DNA from: Nitrospiraceae bacterium | GTDB lineage: Bacteria > Nitrospirota > Nitrospiria > Nitrospirales > Nitrospiraceae | Assembly (NCBI GenBank): GCA_050246315.1 | Contig: JBFWWG010000006.1 | Coordinates: 32,001 to 96,000, forward strand | Direction: 5' to 3' | DNA length: 64,000 nt | Part shown: piece by piece, positions 28,066 to 38,471 of the stretch | Position numbering within the stretch: position 1 is the stretch's first letter | Layout: every line of letters starts with the position of its first letter | Position numbers and translations under genes: made by a program | The notes under the pieces: generated by a model | Databases searched by the model: none | Told to the model about the DNA's origin: nothing | Seen by the model: only the letters and a program-made list of their open reading frames with translations

Positions 28066-28892
28066 ATGCCCGGTGGCAGGAATGGCAAGACCTCTCCCGC
28101 ATGTTTACCGGTCACGTACTGACCGCCCCGCTCCATCACCTGTTCAACCGGATGCCGCATTGGGAGTATGGGCTGGCGCGACCTCAACTGACCAGGCTGC
28201 ATTGTACCCATGCGCGCTTGACCGGACGCCGCGCCGTACACCTGACTGATCTCCATCTGGATCGCTACCAGGTCCGGCATGACAAGGTCCTCCGGATCGT
28301 GGCGGACCTCAAACCGGACTGGATCTTCATCACCGGAGATCTCCTCAATGTCCGCAGCGGGCTCCCGGCTCTCTTCCATTTCCTGTCCGGTCTCCGATGG
28401 ATCGCGCCTCTCTATATGACCCTCGGGAACCACGACCATTATAGCGGCGTCCCAGTGGACGAGTTTGCCTCGCTGGCCGACCGGCACAAAATCACGTTGC
28501 TCGTCAATCAAAGCACAGCCTTGCCGGTCAATGGCGGTGAGCTGACCATCATCGGCGTCGATGATCCGTCGCTCCACCGCGCGCGTCTCGACCAGGTGCC
28601 GCCGCCCGATCCGAATCGGTTCACGCTGCTCTTGGCCCATGCTCCGAACATCCTGCAACTCCTCCACGACGAGCACCACGTCGATCTCATCCTTACCGGG
28701 CATAGTCATGGCGGCCAATGGAGGCCGCCGTATCTCAGACCCTTCTGGTTGCCGCCGGGCTGCGCGGGCAAGCTGGGAGGACTCTATGAAGTGGGCCGGC
28801 ATCGGCTGTATGTGAATCGCGGGCTCGGCTGGTCTGCTCTGCCCCTCCGGTGGAATTGTCCGCCGGAGGTGTTGTTGATCGAATGGACCTGA
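28062..28892 (+). CDS. Metallophosphoesterase (calcineurin-like)
   Basis: 'TDLH', 'TGD', 'GNHD', 'LLAH.P', 'GHSHGGQ', 'VNRGLG'. Confidence 0.92.
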   Translation: MNARWQEWQDLSRMFTGHVLTAPLHHLFNRMPHWEYGLARPQLTRLHCTHARLTGRRAVHLTDLHLDRYQVRHDKVLRIVADLKPDWIFITGDLLNVRSGLPALFHFLSGLRWIAPLYMTLGNHDHYSGVPVDEFASLADRHKITLLVNQSTALPVNGGELTIIGVDDPSLHRARLDQVPPPDPNRFTLLLAHAPNILQLLHDEHHVDLILTGHSHGGQWRPPYLRPFWLPPGCAGKLGGLYEVGRHRLYVNRGLGWSALPLRWNCPPEVLLIEWT

Positions 28893-29124
28893 CCAGCATG
28901 GTCTCCGACGGTCCGTCGAAAAATCGCTCCCGTGGGGCGCGTCTTTCATCCACCGTCGGAAGATGGTCATTAGTCATCGGTCACTGGGCCGAATAACGAA
29001 TAAGAGGATAACGAGACGGTGAAAGCCTTTTGCCATTAACTAATGCCCCTTGACCAATGACTTCATACTCCTACCCCGATTCACGGTTGACCATTGAGGA
29101 GTGCCTCTTTTCGAGACGTCCCCT

Positions 29125-29757
29125 TTACCCGATCCGCTCCCAGGCTTCCCGCGCACGGCTGCGAACCGTCTGGTCCCAATCATCCTTCATCATGACCGCC
29201 AGTTTCTCCTTTGCCTGAATCGCCCGCATTCGTCCCAACCCCAGGGCGGCACAACTGCGGACATAGGCATGATCATCGTCCAACGCCGCCAGTAACGCCG
29301 GCACGCTTGCTGGATCATTCAGCGCGCCCAGATGGCTGGCCGCCATGCCGCGAAGGCGATGTTGTTTGTCACCCACGGCCTGCTTCAGCGTGGCGGAAAA
29401 GATGTCCGTTAACTCTCCGGCCACCTCTTCAATTCCCCGACGCTGATAGCCGTTGATTTCCACCAGTTGAAAGGCCAGGTCTCGACGTTTCTCCCAGACG
29501 CGCGTGCCCTTGAATGCGGTCAACAAGCGGGTCCGCTGCTCACGTTGTGCGCGCCGCTTGCGGATGGGACGGACTAAGAGCCACCCGCCGGTTGCCACCA
29601 CACAGGCCAGGGCCATGGCCGGCACGACCTGCTCGACGACATAGTCCTGAATATCGGGCGGAGTCCGCTTCCAGATCCACACCGCCGTCACCACCAAACC
29701 GATGAGCAGGAACACCAGGGTCAGCCGGACTTCACCCTGTTCATGACGGTGGAGCAT
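29125..29757 (-). CDS. HEAT-repeat membrane protein
   Basis: Two N-terminal TMs; PBS-lyase HEAT repeats 'LDDDHAYVRSCAALGLG'. Confidence 0.8.
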   Translation of the reverse strand: MLHRHEQGEVRLTLVFLLIGLVVTAVWIWKRTPPDIQDYVVEQVVPAMALACVVATGGWLLVRPIRKRRAQREQRTRLLTAFKGTRVWEKRRDLAFQLVEINGYQRRGIEEVAGELTDIFSATLKQAVGDKQHRLRGMAASHLGALNDPASVPALLAALDDDHAYVRSCAALGLGRMRAIQAKEKLAVMMKDDWDQTVRSRAREAWERIG

Positions 29758-29833
29758 GCGGCACTATAGAAAGCGCGTCTTTGGCCCGTCAACCGCGGGA
29801 CGGTGGAATTGCCGTTCCGCCCTCCCGGCCGGC

Positions 29834-29862
29834 TTGACACGGTGTTCCGGTCCTTCTACGAT
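29834..29862 (+). promoter_or_regulatory. Sigma-70 promoter of marR operon
   Basis: TTGACA-17-TACGAT, ending 15 bp before ATG 29878. Confidence 0.65.
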
Positions 29863-29877
29863 CCGGCGCCGATCGCC

Positions 29878-30339
29878 ATGCTGCCGACGAAGTTGCCGGA
29901 CCTGAAAGACGATCCCCACCTGAAGGTGATCCGCCCGCTGGTGGAGGCCTATCTGGCCTTCTCGCGCACCGACAATCGGCACATCCGCGCGATGAAGCTC
30001 ACGTCCGCGCAATTCGACGTCATCGCGACGTTGGGCGATACGGACGGCCTCACCTGTTCGGGGCTGTCGCAGGCCACGCTCGTGACCAAGGGCACCTTGA
30101 CCGGCGTCTTGGATCGCCTGGCGGCAAAGGGATTGATCCGGCGAGATCCGGACTCGCAAGACCGACGAGCGGTGCGTATCAGGCTCACGGAGAAGGGCGA
30201 TGCCTTGTTTCGAAAGACCTATGGCGCGCATATCACATACTTGCGTCCGTTCTTTGAGCGGGCGCTCAACAAGCAACAAGCCGCCCAAGCGGCTGATTTG
30301 CTGACCCGCATCCGGAACAGTTTCACCCAGCCCCGCTGA
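29878..30339 (+). CDS. MarR-family transcriptional regulator
   Basis: 'LTSAQFDVI', 'LDRLAAKGLI.R', 'DRR...IRLTEKG'. Confidence 0.92.
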   Translation: MLPTKLPDLKDDPHLKVIRPLVEAYLAFSRTDNRHIRAMKLTSAQFDVIATLGDTDGLTCSGLSQATLVTKGTLTGVLDRLAAKGLIRRDPDSQDRRAVRIRLTEKGDALFRKTYGAHITYLRPFFERALNKQQAAQAADLLTRIRNSFTQPR

Positions 30340-30341
30340 CG

Positions 30342-31094
30342 ATGCGACTGACGGTCTTAGGATCGGGCACCAACGTACATCCTCGGCGGGCCGCCGCCGG
30401 CTATCTCGTCGAAACAGATCAGCCCTTCGTCATCGATTTCGGGCCGCGCACCCTGTCGAACCTTCTCAAGACGGGACTGGACCGTCACCGGATCACCCAT
30501 CTGCTGTTTTCGCATTTCCACGCCGACCATTTTTCGGACTTCATCACGTTCTATTTCGATGCGGTGATTCATGCGAAGCTCGTTCGCCCGCGACCCGATC
30601 TGGCGCTGATCGGCCCGCGCGGCAGCCGCCGGATCTTTCAGACCATCATCCGGACCTTTCCTTCCTTCCGAGATGCCCCGTTTCGCGTTCGCATCCAGGA
30701 GGTCGCAGACGAGACCTTTACCATCGGGCAGACCCGCATCACGGCCAGAACCGTACGCCACACGCCGCGCTTGCACTGTCTCGGCTACCGCCTGGAGCAT
30801 CAGGGCCGATCATGGGCCTACTCGGGTGATTCGCAATACTGCCCCGCCCTTCTGTCCCTCTGCGAGGACAGCGACCTCGCGGTGCTGGACTGTTCCTACC
30901 CGGCCAACCGCCCCGGCCCCGCGCACATGCACGCGGGAGAGTGCGGCCGCGTGGCCCATGAAGCGGGCGTGACGCGGCTGGTGTTATCCCATTTTTATCA
31001 ATTGGCGGAGCGGTACGACGTCAAGACGCAGGCGGGAAAGCAGTTTCGCGGAAGGATTACGCGGGCCCGCGATCTGCTGCAGATCGCGTGGTGA
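30342..31094 (+). CDS. MBL-fold hydrolase (RNase Z-like)
   Basis: 'LGSGT', 'SHFHADH', 'YSGDS', 'LVLSHFY'. Confidence 0.9.
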   Translation: MRLTVLGSGTNVHPRRAAAGYLVETDQPFVIDFGPRTLSNLLKTGLDRHRITHLLFSHFHADHFSDFITFYFDAVIHAKLVRPRPDLALIGPRGSRRIFQTIIRTFPSFRDAPFRVRIQEVADETFTIGQTRITARTVRHTPRLHCLGYRLEHQGRSWAYSGDSQYCPALLSLCEDSDLAVLDCSYPANRPGPAHMHAGECGRVAHEAGVTRLVLSHFYQLAERYDVKTQAGKQFRGRITRARDLLQIAW

Positions 31095-31096
31095 GA

Positions 31097-31954
31097 TTAG
31101 TCCGCGGTTTTGGCGTCCGTTTCGAGAATAGTCATGAACCGAGCCAGCCGGGCTTTCCTCAGCGGCTCTTCCATCTTGCTGTAGATCGCCACCAGATTCT
31201 TGATCGTCCGGATGAGGATCGCCCGAATGGAACTCGGCTGTAGGTAGCGGTCGTCAAAGCCATACCCGGCTTCGGTCAGAAATCGGATGCAGTTTTTTTC
31301 CGTCAGCAGGGCGCCGGAGTTGAAACAGTCGATGAAAATCTTATACCGATCCGAGTCGAACTTGACGAGGAAGTGTCCCGGCATGCCGATACCGCACACG
31401 GGCAAACCCAATCGTTGACCGATCAAGAGATAGATGGTGGACAGGCTGATCGGAATGCCGGTGCGCCGGTCAAGCACCTTGTTGATATAGCTGTTGTCGG
31501 CCTCATAGTAATTCTTGGTGTTGCCGGAATAGCCCAACTCGGCAAATAGGTAGCGGCCGAGCGCCTTGACGGTTTCCTCTCCGCTGCATCGTGGACCGAT
31601 ATAGCCTCGGACCTCGGCTGCCATGTGATCCAGTTGCCTGGTAAAATAGCCGACATCCAGATTGGGGTAGGCGTACCTCGCGATGAGAAAGACGCCCGCT
31701 TCCAAGTTCATCTGGTGATCGGGCATCACGGCCAGATCTTGCAGCTCCTGTTCCAGCTTTCCGCCGCGGATCTCTTCCAGGATGACGGCAATGCGCTGGA
31801 TCATTTCCGGTTCTTCGCGCTCCGCCTCTTGGAGCAGCGGCACGGCGCTGGTGCCCATATCCACGAGCTTCCCGGTGATCGTCCTGACAATCCGCTCGTC
31901 GTCATCACTCAGGAGACGAATCATCGCCCTGATCTGACTCTCACTCGTCGGCAT
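31097..31954 (-). CDS. SirB1-family transglutaminase-like protein
   Basis: 'YYEADNSYIN.VLDRRTGIPISLS', 'GMPGHFLV', 'IDCFN.G'. Confidence 0.85.
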   Translation of the reverse strand: MPTSESQIRAMIRLLSDDDERIVRTITGKLVDMGTSAVPLLQEAEREEPEMIQRIAVILEEIRGGKLEQELQDLAVMPDHQMNLEAGVFLIARYAYPNLDVGYFTRQLDHMAAEVRGYIGPRCSGEETVKALGRYLFAELGYSGNTKNYYEADNSYINKVLDRRTGIPISLSTIYLLIGQRLGLPVCGIGMPGHFLVKFDSDRYKIFIDCFNSGALLTEKNCIRFLTEAGYGFDDRYLQPSSIRAILIRTIKNLVAIYSKMEEPLRKARLARFMTILETDAKTAD

Positions 31955-31995
31955 CGTCCCTACCCTCTCCGCCCCGGTCGAACGGACGCTCCAGG

Positions 31996-32775
31996 TCATC
32001 CCAGCGCCCGCCGAAACGCTTTGGCGCCCCCATAGAGACAGAGGGCGTCGAACACCGCCATGCCCGCGGCCACCACCCCGATCTTCGGCAAGGCCTCGCT
32101 CCATCCCGACAGGATCAGCGGGCGCACCGCATCGATCGCCCAGGTCATCGGATTGAACTGCGCCAGAAGACCCATCCATGACGGCATCGCCGTCAACGGC
32201 ACCAGCGCCGAGCTCAAAAAGATCATCGGCAAGGACAAGAATCCCAGGACAGAGAAGAAATCCCCGTGGCTTTTAACCGAAAAGGCCATCGCCATCGAAA
32301 TCGCCGTCAGGCCCACACCGAAGGCCATGCCGATCAAGAGAATCATCGCCACGCCGGCTAGGCCCGTTGCCGGGCGGACGCCGAAGAGCCAGGCGACGCC
32401 CAAAATCACCAACACCTGCATCGAAGTGATCCCCATGACGAACAGGAACCGGCTCACGATGACCGAGGTTCGATGGATCGGAGTGGACATCAGCCGTTCC
32501 AAAAATCCGTTCTCCTTGTCGAACAGCAAATCCACACCGCCGGCCAGTCCGTTGTTCAGGACGGTCATCACCACCACGCCTGCGGCCAAGAAACTGATGT
32601 AGTTCGGCGCCTGAACGACCTGCGTATCGGCCGCACGCTGGAACAGATTCCCAAAGAAAATGAGCCAGAACAGCATGGGCTGGACCAACGTGAACAGCAT
32701 GCTGAATTTTTCGCGGCTGAGCCGCCGGACCCACCGCATGGTGAGGGCGCTGACCTCCTGCCAATACTCGGACAT
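31996..32775 (-). CDS. ABC-2 exporter permease
   Basis: Six TM; 'DKENGFLERLMSTP', 'NPMTWAIDAVR'. Confidence 0.92.
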   Translation of the reverse strand: MSEYWQEVSALTMRWVRRLSREKFSMLFTLVQPMLFWLIFFGNLFQRAADTQVVQAPNYISFLAAGVVVMTVLNNGLAGGVDLLFDKENGFLERLMSTPIHRTSVIVSRFLFVMGITSMQVLVILGVAWLFGVRPATGLAGVAMILLIGMAFGVGLTAISMAMAFSVKSHGDFFSVLGFLSLPMIFLSSALVPLTAMPSWMGLLAQFNPMTWAIDAVRPLILSGWSEALPKIGVVAAGMAVFDALCLYGGAKAFRRALG

Positions 32776-32899
32776 CGTTACGCTCCGCTTCCGAAGATGA
32801 GAGATGAAGAATGATGAATGAGGAAAGGTTCCGCTGGAACTTGCACGCCCGACATTCTCATTTCGCATTTCACCTTCTGCATTCCGAATTCCACATGGC

Positions 32900-33886
32900 T
32901 CATTCCCCGTTCTCCGTCGGAAACTCTTCTCGAATCGGACGCCCGGTGTGGGCGATGAACACATCATCCAGCCGCGGCCTATGATAATCGATCCGTTCCA
33001 ATTGGCAATACGTCCGATTGGCTACATCCAAAATGGCCGGGAGGGCCTTCTCGGGAGAGTCGACCCTGATGTCCAGGCCCAGCGGTTTCATCATCACGGC
33101 CCGAACGGAGGGGAGCCCGCGCACGGCCGCCGCCAAGGCGTCGAGGGCCTCCCCGTTCTTAATGGTCAGAGAGACAAGATCGCCGCCCAGCCCGAGCTTC
33201 AGCTCGGTGGGAGACCCCAGCGCCTTGATCGTCCCCCGATCGATGATGGCCAGCCGGTCGCAGAGTTGATCGGCCTCATCCAAATAATTCGTGGTCATCA
33301 CGACGGTCAGCCCCTGCTTCCGGAGCATCCGTACATAGTCCCAAATCCGCAGCCGGCTCGGCACGTCCAGTCCCAAGGTTGGCTCGTCGAGAAAGAGAAT
33401 CTTGGGGTTGGGCAACAGGCCGCAGGCGATGTCCAATTTGCGTTTCATGCCTCCGGAATAGGTCTTGGCCGGCCGGTCCGCATGGCCTTCCAAATCAACC
33501 AGCTTCAGGAGTTCGGTGATCCGGCGACGCGCTTCTTCCTTCTGGAGGTGATAGAGCGATGCGAGCAGTTCGAGATGCTCCCGGCCGGTCAGAAACCGAT
33601 CGATCGCGCGCTCCTGCGGCACGTAACCGATCATGCGTCGGACGCGGTCGGCCTCCTGCACAACATCGAGGCCTAGAATCGACACTCGTCCCGCCGTCGG
33701 CCGGAGGAGCGTGATCATCACGCGGAGAGTCGTACTCTTGCCGGCACCGTTGGGACCCAGCAGTCCGAAGATCTCTCCTTCATGGACTTGAAAGGACAGG
33801 TCGTGGACGGCCTGAAACTTGTCATAGGTCTTGCCGAGATGGGCGACGTCGATCGCCACGGTTCGTTCACTCATGCTCATCCCCAA
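32900..33886 (-). CDS. ABC exporter ATP-binding protein (DrrA-like)
   Basis: 'GPNGAGKST', 'YSGGM', 'LFLDEPT'. Confidence 0.95.
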   Translation of the reverse strand: MGMSMSERTVAIDVAHLGKTYDKFQAVHDLSFQVHEGEIFGLLGPNGAGKSTTLRVMITLLRPTAGRVSILGLDVVQEADRVRRMIGYVPQERAIDRFLTGREHLELLASLYHLQKEEARRRITELLKLVDLEGHADRPAKTYSGGMKRKLDIACGLLPNPKILFLDEPTLGLDVPSRLRIWDYVRMLRKQGLTVVMTTNYLDEADQLCDRLAIIDRGTIKALGSPTELKLGLGGDLVSLTIKNGEALDALAAAVRGLPSVRAVMMKPLGLDIRVDSPEKALPAILDVANRTYCQLERIDYHRPRLDDVFIAHTGRPIREEFPTENGE

Positions 33887-34566
33887 CCTTTCACCCCATG
33901 TTGCTCATGCAGTTTGAAATGGATGAGATCCAGCAATCGACGGGTCTGCTGGCGGAGGCTCTCGGATTCAAGCAGCAGTTGCTTTTCAAGCGGGGTGCAA
34001 TCCAAATACGCGGACACCCGCTGAACCAGGCTCTCGTCGCTCACCCCCTGGCGAAGAAATTCTTTCCACACGTGGCTGTTTTCCCGCTCCCCGATATACC
34101 GTTCCAGATCCCGTTCCAACTTGGTCCGAAGCGCCGGTTCGATGGTGCGATCATCGGCGGGGGGACGGAGCACAATCCGAGCCCGTCGGTAGCGTCGGTC
34201 GTACAACTCCTCCTGAATCTCGTATCGTTCCATACCTTGGAGCAAAATGTTCGACCGGCCGTCCGGCAACGGTTGCACGGTCATCAGTCGGCCGACGCAG
34301 CCCAATGAAAAGATCGGAGGATTGCCGTAGTAGTCCGATTCCCATCCGTCTTTCAGCAGCGCCATCCCGATCAGCCGGCCCTCGCGGGCCGCATCCTGGA
34401 CCATCTCGCGATACCGAGGCTCGAACACATGCAAAGGGAGGTACGTCCGAGGGAAGAAAACCACGGTGGGAAGTGAAAAAATAGGAATTATTTCAGGAAC
34501 TTGCAGGACCTCATCGGGGACGTTCCGTGAGGGCTCGGGTGCATGATGGCCAGACTCCTTCAGCAT
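33877..34566 (-). CDS. LON peptidase substrate-binding-domain protein
   Basis: 'LPLHVFEPRYREMV', 'LPDGRSNI', 'EKQLLLE'. Confidence 0.88.
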   Translation of the reverse strand: MLKESGHHAPEPSRNVPDEVLQVPEIIPIFSLPTVVFFPRTYLPLHVFEPRYREMVQDAAREGRLIGMALLKDGWESDYYGNPPIFSLGCVGRLMTVQPLPDGRSNILLQGMERYEIQEELYDRRYRRARIVLRPPADDRTIEPALRTKLERDLERYIGERENSHVWKEFLRQGVSDESLVQRVSAYLDCTPLEKQLLLESESLRQQTRRLLDLIHFKLHEQHGVKGWG

Positions 34567-34693
34567 GGCCCACGATAGCCGATGGGGTCTATGATGTCAA
34601 CGCTCGAACACCCCCGTCGCCACGAAACAGCCCTCCTTGGTTTGCAGACAATACGTCTATTTCCTCATGCACCGGAGATGGTATATAGCCGTC

Positions 34694-36004
34694 ATGTGGA
34701 ATAGAATTGAGAGAAGCAAGCGCGCCCCTTCCTCCGTGGCGCGCAGCCTGCTTTCATGGTCGGCTCCGATCTGGCTTACGGCAAGCCTTGTCGTCCCGGC
34801 TGCACCGGCCTTTTCCTCCTCAAGTTCTTCCTCAAGCCCTGATCACCGATCGGGGCCTGAGCCGGCCACCGCCAAGAGCTCTTCGTTTCAGCAGGCCTTG
34901 CCGGGCTACCGGTACCTCTTTCCACGAGATCACGGCTCCCATCCGGCCTTTCAAACCGAATGGTGGTATTACACCGGGCATCTCCAAGCCGCGGACGGTC
35001 GTCAGTTCGGGTACGAGCTGACGTTCTTCCGCCGAGGCGTGAACCGACCGGAGAAGACAGGTGAGGGTTCGAGCCCGGCAAAGGAACCTTCCCGCTGGCG
35101 TATTTATGATCTGTACCTGGCGCACTTCGCGCTGACTGACCTGACGAAGGGACAGTTTCACTATGCAGAAAAAATCAGCCGGGAGGGGATCGGAAAAGCC
35201 GGGGCCGACCAAGACCGGTTACGAGTCTGGATCGACCAGTGGAGCGCGATGAGCCCGGTGAGATCGGATGGATTGGCGACGACATCGGCGAACGGATCGT
35301 CGAAAGAATCGAATGCCCCGGACGGAACCCATCACCTCACGGCGGCAACGGAGACCTATGGCATCGAACTGGCTTTGTCGCCGGCCAAGCCGCCCGTCAT
35401 TCACGGATCGCAGGGGATCAGCCGAAAGGGTGCCAAGCCGGGGGAAGCCTCTCATTATTATTCGCTGACCAGACTCTCTACCAAAGGTGCCGTGACGATC
35501 GAGGGCGAACGCATCCCGGTGACGGGACAGAGCTGGATGGATCACGAGTTCGGCTCCAGCGAGTTGAGCGCTGATCTGGTCGGATGGGATTGGTTCAGTC
35601 TCCAACTCGACACGGGCGACGAACTCATGTGGTACCGCCTCCGACGGGAAGATGGTGTGGCCGATCCGGCCTCAAGCGGCACGTGGGTCCTTGCCGATGG
35701 ACAATCGATCCCATTGACGACGGCATCCATCAGGCTCGACGAGCTGGAGCAGTGGACCAGCCCGCAGAGCGGCGCCCATTACCCGAGCCGCTGGCGCCTC
35801 TCCAGCAAGCCATTGGATCTCGTCGTGAACATCGATCCGCTGTTGCGCAATCAGGAATTGATCACCGCGCGCAGCACCCGCGTCACCTATTGGGAAGGCG
35901 CGGTGGGTGTTATTGGAACCCTGCGTGGCAAGCCGGTTGCCGGGCGGGGCTACGTGGAACTCACCGGCTATGCCAAACGGGACGACCCGGCCATGATGCC
36001 ATGA
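34694..36004 (+). CDS. AttH/CrtC-like lipocalin-domain protein
   Basis: 'FPRDHG.HP.FQTEWWYYTG', 'WMDHEF', 'GWDWF', 'YWEG', 'GYVELTGY'. Confidence 0.88.
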   Translation: MWNRIERSKRAPSSVARSLLSWSAPIWLTASLVVPAAPAFSSSSSSSSPDHRSGPEPATAKSSSFQQALPGYRYLFPRDHGSHPAFQTEWWYYTGHLQAADGRQFGYELTFFRRGVNRPEKTGEGSSPAKEPSRWRIYDLYLAHFALTDLTKGQFHYAEKISREGIGKAGADQDRLRVWIDQWSAMSPVRSDGLATTSANGSSKESNAPDGTHHLTAATETYGIELALSPAKPPVIHGSQGISRKGAKPGEASHYYSLTRLSTKGAVTIEGERIPVTGQSWMDHEFGSSELSADLVGWDWFSLQLDTGDELMWYRLRREDGVADPASSGTWVLADGQSIPLTTASIRLDELEQWTSPQSGAHYPSRWRLSSKPLDLVVNIDPLLRNQELITARSTRVTYWEGAVGVIGTLRGKPVAGRGYVELTGYAKRDDPAMMP

Positions 36005-36078
36005 GGCGATCCACCTTCCTGCCTTGACTCCGATCGAAGCACCCCGCTAGGGTGCCGTTCGTATCTCCATAAAACACG

Positions 36079-37128
36079 ATGCTGTTCCGTTCGATTCAGA
36101 TCTGGTTGCTCCTGTCTGTGCTGTTGCCGGCGCCTGGCTGCAACCGGCCGAGCGAATCCGTGGTCTCCATCGCGATCCACCCCACCAAGCCCTCGACCCT
36201 CTACGTGGCCACCAACGATGCCGTGCTCAAGAGCCGTGACAGCGGTGCCACCTGGTCCAAGATGCCAACCTTCAGTGCCAGGCGTGTGACCACGGTGAGC
36301 ATCGACCCGCTGTTCCCTGCCACCGTGTATGCCGGCACCATGGGCGATGCGGTGTACAAGAGCCCGGACGGCGGACAACATTGGCTACCGCACAACGTGG
36401 GCCTGAAGGAGCATGTGTCCTACGTCAATCAGTTCGTCTTTCATCCGCAGGACAGCCAGACGATCTTTGCAGCCACCACGGTGGGAGCCTTCGCGACGCG
36501 GGATGGAGGCCGCAGTTGGACCGAGCAGATGGCGGGCATGACCGAAGTGCATATTGTCGTGACCCTCGCGATCAATCCTCTGAACCCGCAGATTCTGTAC
36601 GCCGGTACGACCGGCGGAACCTACAAGAGCGTCGATGGGGCCGCCACATGGAAAAAAGTCAACAACGGCTTGATCCCCGAACGGATTCTCGAAGCCTCAC
36701 TGTCGTTGGGCGTCAATCTCCTGGCCGTCGATCCTCAGGCGCCCGATACGGTCTACGCCGCCACGACCAAAGGCCTGTTCAAGACCACGGACGGCGCCCA
36801 GAGCTGGATGCGGATCGGGGAATCGCTGCCGGATCAATTCATGAGCTGGGTCGTCGTCGATCCCTTCTCGCCGCACACGCTCTACGTCTCGGGCCGAGAG
36901 GGGGTGCATAAGAGCACGGACGGAGGAGCGACGTGGTACGCGGTCAATCACGGGCTCACCACGTTGAACGTGCGCTGCCTTCTCTTTAGCCCGCATGAGG
37001 CACGGACTCTCTACGCCGGCACCAATGGAAGCGGGCTCTACCGTTCCACCGACGGAGGAGACAACTGGACGGCGCTTCCGCTGGCGCCGGCGGCGGCCGA
37101 GTCGGGCCCACAGGCGGCACCAGGATGA
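36079..37128 (+). CDS. BNR/Asp-box beta-propeller lipoprotein
   Basis: Seven S/TxDGGxxW-type Asp-boxes; signal peptide with Cys. Confidence 0.88.
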   Translation: MLFRSIQIWLLLSVLLPAPGCNRPSESVVSIAIHPTKPSTLYVATNDAVLKSRDSGATWSKMPTFSARRVTTVSIDPLFPATVYAGTMGDAVYKSPDGGQHWLPHNVGLKEHVSYVNQFVFHPQDSQTIFAATTVGAFATRDGGRSWTEQMAGMTEVHIVVTLAINPLNPQILYAGTTGGTYKSVDGAATWKKVNNGLIPERILEASLSLGVNLLAVDPQAPDTVYAATTKGLFKTTDGAQSWMRIGESLPDQFMSWVVVDPFSPHTLYVSGREGVHKSTDGGATWYAVNHGLTTLNVRCLLFSPHEARTLYAGTNGSGLYRSTDGGDNWTALPLAPAAAESGPQAAPG

Positions 37129-37763
37129 GCGCCGAGCCGTCGATGAGCCATCTCTACCTGATCCGGCATGGCGAGACGGATTGGAACGTGGCCGGCCGTA
37201 TCATGGGAACGCAACCGGTGCCGCTGAACGCCAATGGCCGACGGCAGGCGGCGGAGCTGGCGGCCGTCCTCGCCGAGCTGCATAAGAAGCAACGGCTCGC
37301 GGCCCTCTATGCAAGCCCGCTCTTGCGTACCGTGCAGACAGCCGAACTCCTCGCCTCCTCCTGTGCCATGACAGTGACGACGGATGAGCGGCTCAGGGAA
37401 ATCGGCGTGGGAGACTGGGAGGGGCGATACTGGCGCGACCTGGATCAGGAGCCGATCCGCCTGCATTGGTACAGCCGTCCGCATGACACACGGTTTCCGA
37501 ACGGCGAATCGTTAGGAGACGTGCAGACCCGGGCGGTGACGGCCGTGGCCGAAGCCCTCGATCGCCATCCCGGTGGGGCCATCGCGTTGGTGTCGCATGG
37601 GGACGTGCTGCGGGCGATTCTCGCTCACTTCCTGGGCACCGGGCTCGAACCCATGCGCCGCCTGCGGTTCGACCATGCCTCGCTGACGGCGCTTCACCTC
37701 ACAGACACCGCCTGGGTGGTCACCTGCGTGAACTATCGGCCGGTTGCGAGCGATCTGCTCTGA
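37125..37763 (+). CDS. Histidine phosphatase family protein
   Basis: 'RHGET.WN', 'SPLLR', 'VSHG'. Confidence 0.92.
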   Translation: MSAEPSMSHLYLIRHGETDWNVAGRIMGTQPVPLNANGRRQAAELAAVLAELHKKQRLAALYASPLLRTVQTAELLASSCAMTVTTDERLREIGVGDWEGRYWRDLDQEPIRLHWYSRPHDTRFPNGESLGDVQTRAVTAVAEALDRHPGGAIALVSHGDVLRAILAHFLGTGLEPMRRLRFDHASLTALHLTDTAWVVTCVNYRPVASDLL

Positions 37764-37851
37764 TCACCGATGGGGGACAGCCACCTGCGGGAAGGGTGGC
37801 CGTCCCTACGAGCTTCGGCCGCAGCCATTGTGCGCCGCTACTGTTCACAGA

Positions 37852-38388
37852 TCAGTAACTGGAGCCGGAGCCGGCTCCCTGGACGGCATTCTTGCCGTGA
37901 TGATACTGGCCGCGATAGCCGTTCAGCGCGTCGGTCAAGGCTTTCCATTCCTGTTCCGTGAGCGTGTCTTTCATCTCAAAACGGAGCTTCAAGATCCGTG
38001 TGGCATGCTGCATCCGTTGATTGTTGATGTCGTCCAGAATCTTCGTGAACTCCTCCGGCGTTGCATCATAGCGGGCGTTCACGGCATACAGTTGCTGATG
38101 GCCGGCCCGGCTCTGCTCGGTGGAGGACGTCACTTCCTTCATAATCTCTTGCGCGAGGCTCTTCACGCGTGCCGCCTTGGCCGGGTCCTGGATCGTCTTA
38201 TCGATCAACGCTGCGACTTCCTGCTTGCCCTTCTCCAGCGACGTGTGTCCGGCTGGTCCCATCGCACCCGCCCCATACGGCATCCCCCCGTGCGGCGAGC
38301 GTCCGTGATGCGACCCGCAGGCCGCAGTACCCATCGCCATCCCGACCGCCACGACTCCCACCAACATCGTCCGCGCCGACTTCATCAT
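37852..38388 (-). CDS. Putative helical lipoprotein (Spy/CpxP-like)
   Basis: 'TAAC' lipobox; His/Gly/Met-rich N-terminus; 'LTEQEW'. Confidence 0.7.
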   Translation of the reverse strand: MMKSARTMLVGVVAVGMAMGTAACGSHHGRSPHGGMPYGAGAMGPAGHTSLEKGKQEVAALIDKTIQDPAKAARVKSLAQEIMKEVTSSTEQSRAGHQQLYAVNARYDATPEEFTKILDDINNQRMQHATRILKLRFEMKDTLTEQEWKALTDALNGYRGQYHHGKNAVQGAGSGSSY

Positions 38389-38471
38389 TGCCGCATCCCT
38401 CCCGAGTTTGTTATTCATGCTTCGCACCGTTGCTTGTTGCCGTCGATGATCCACCGCTGAGGCATCGCCCC

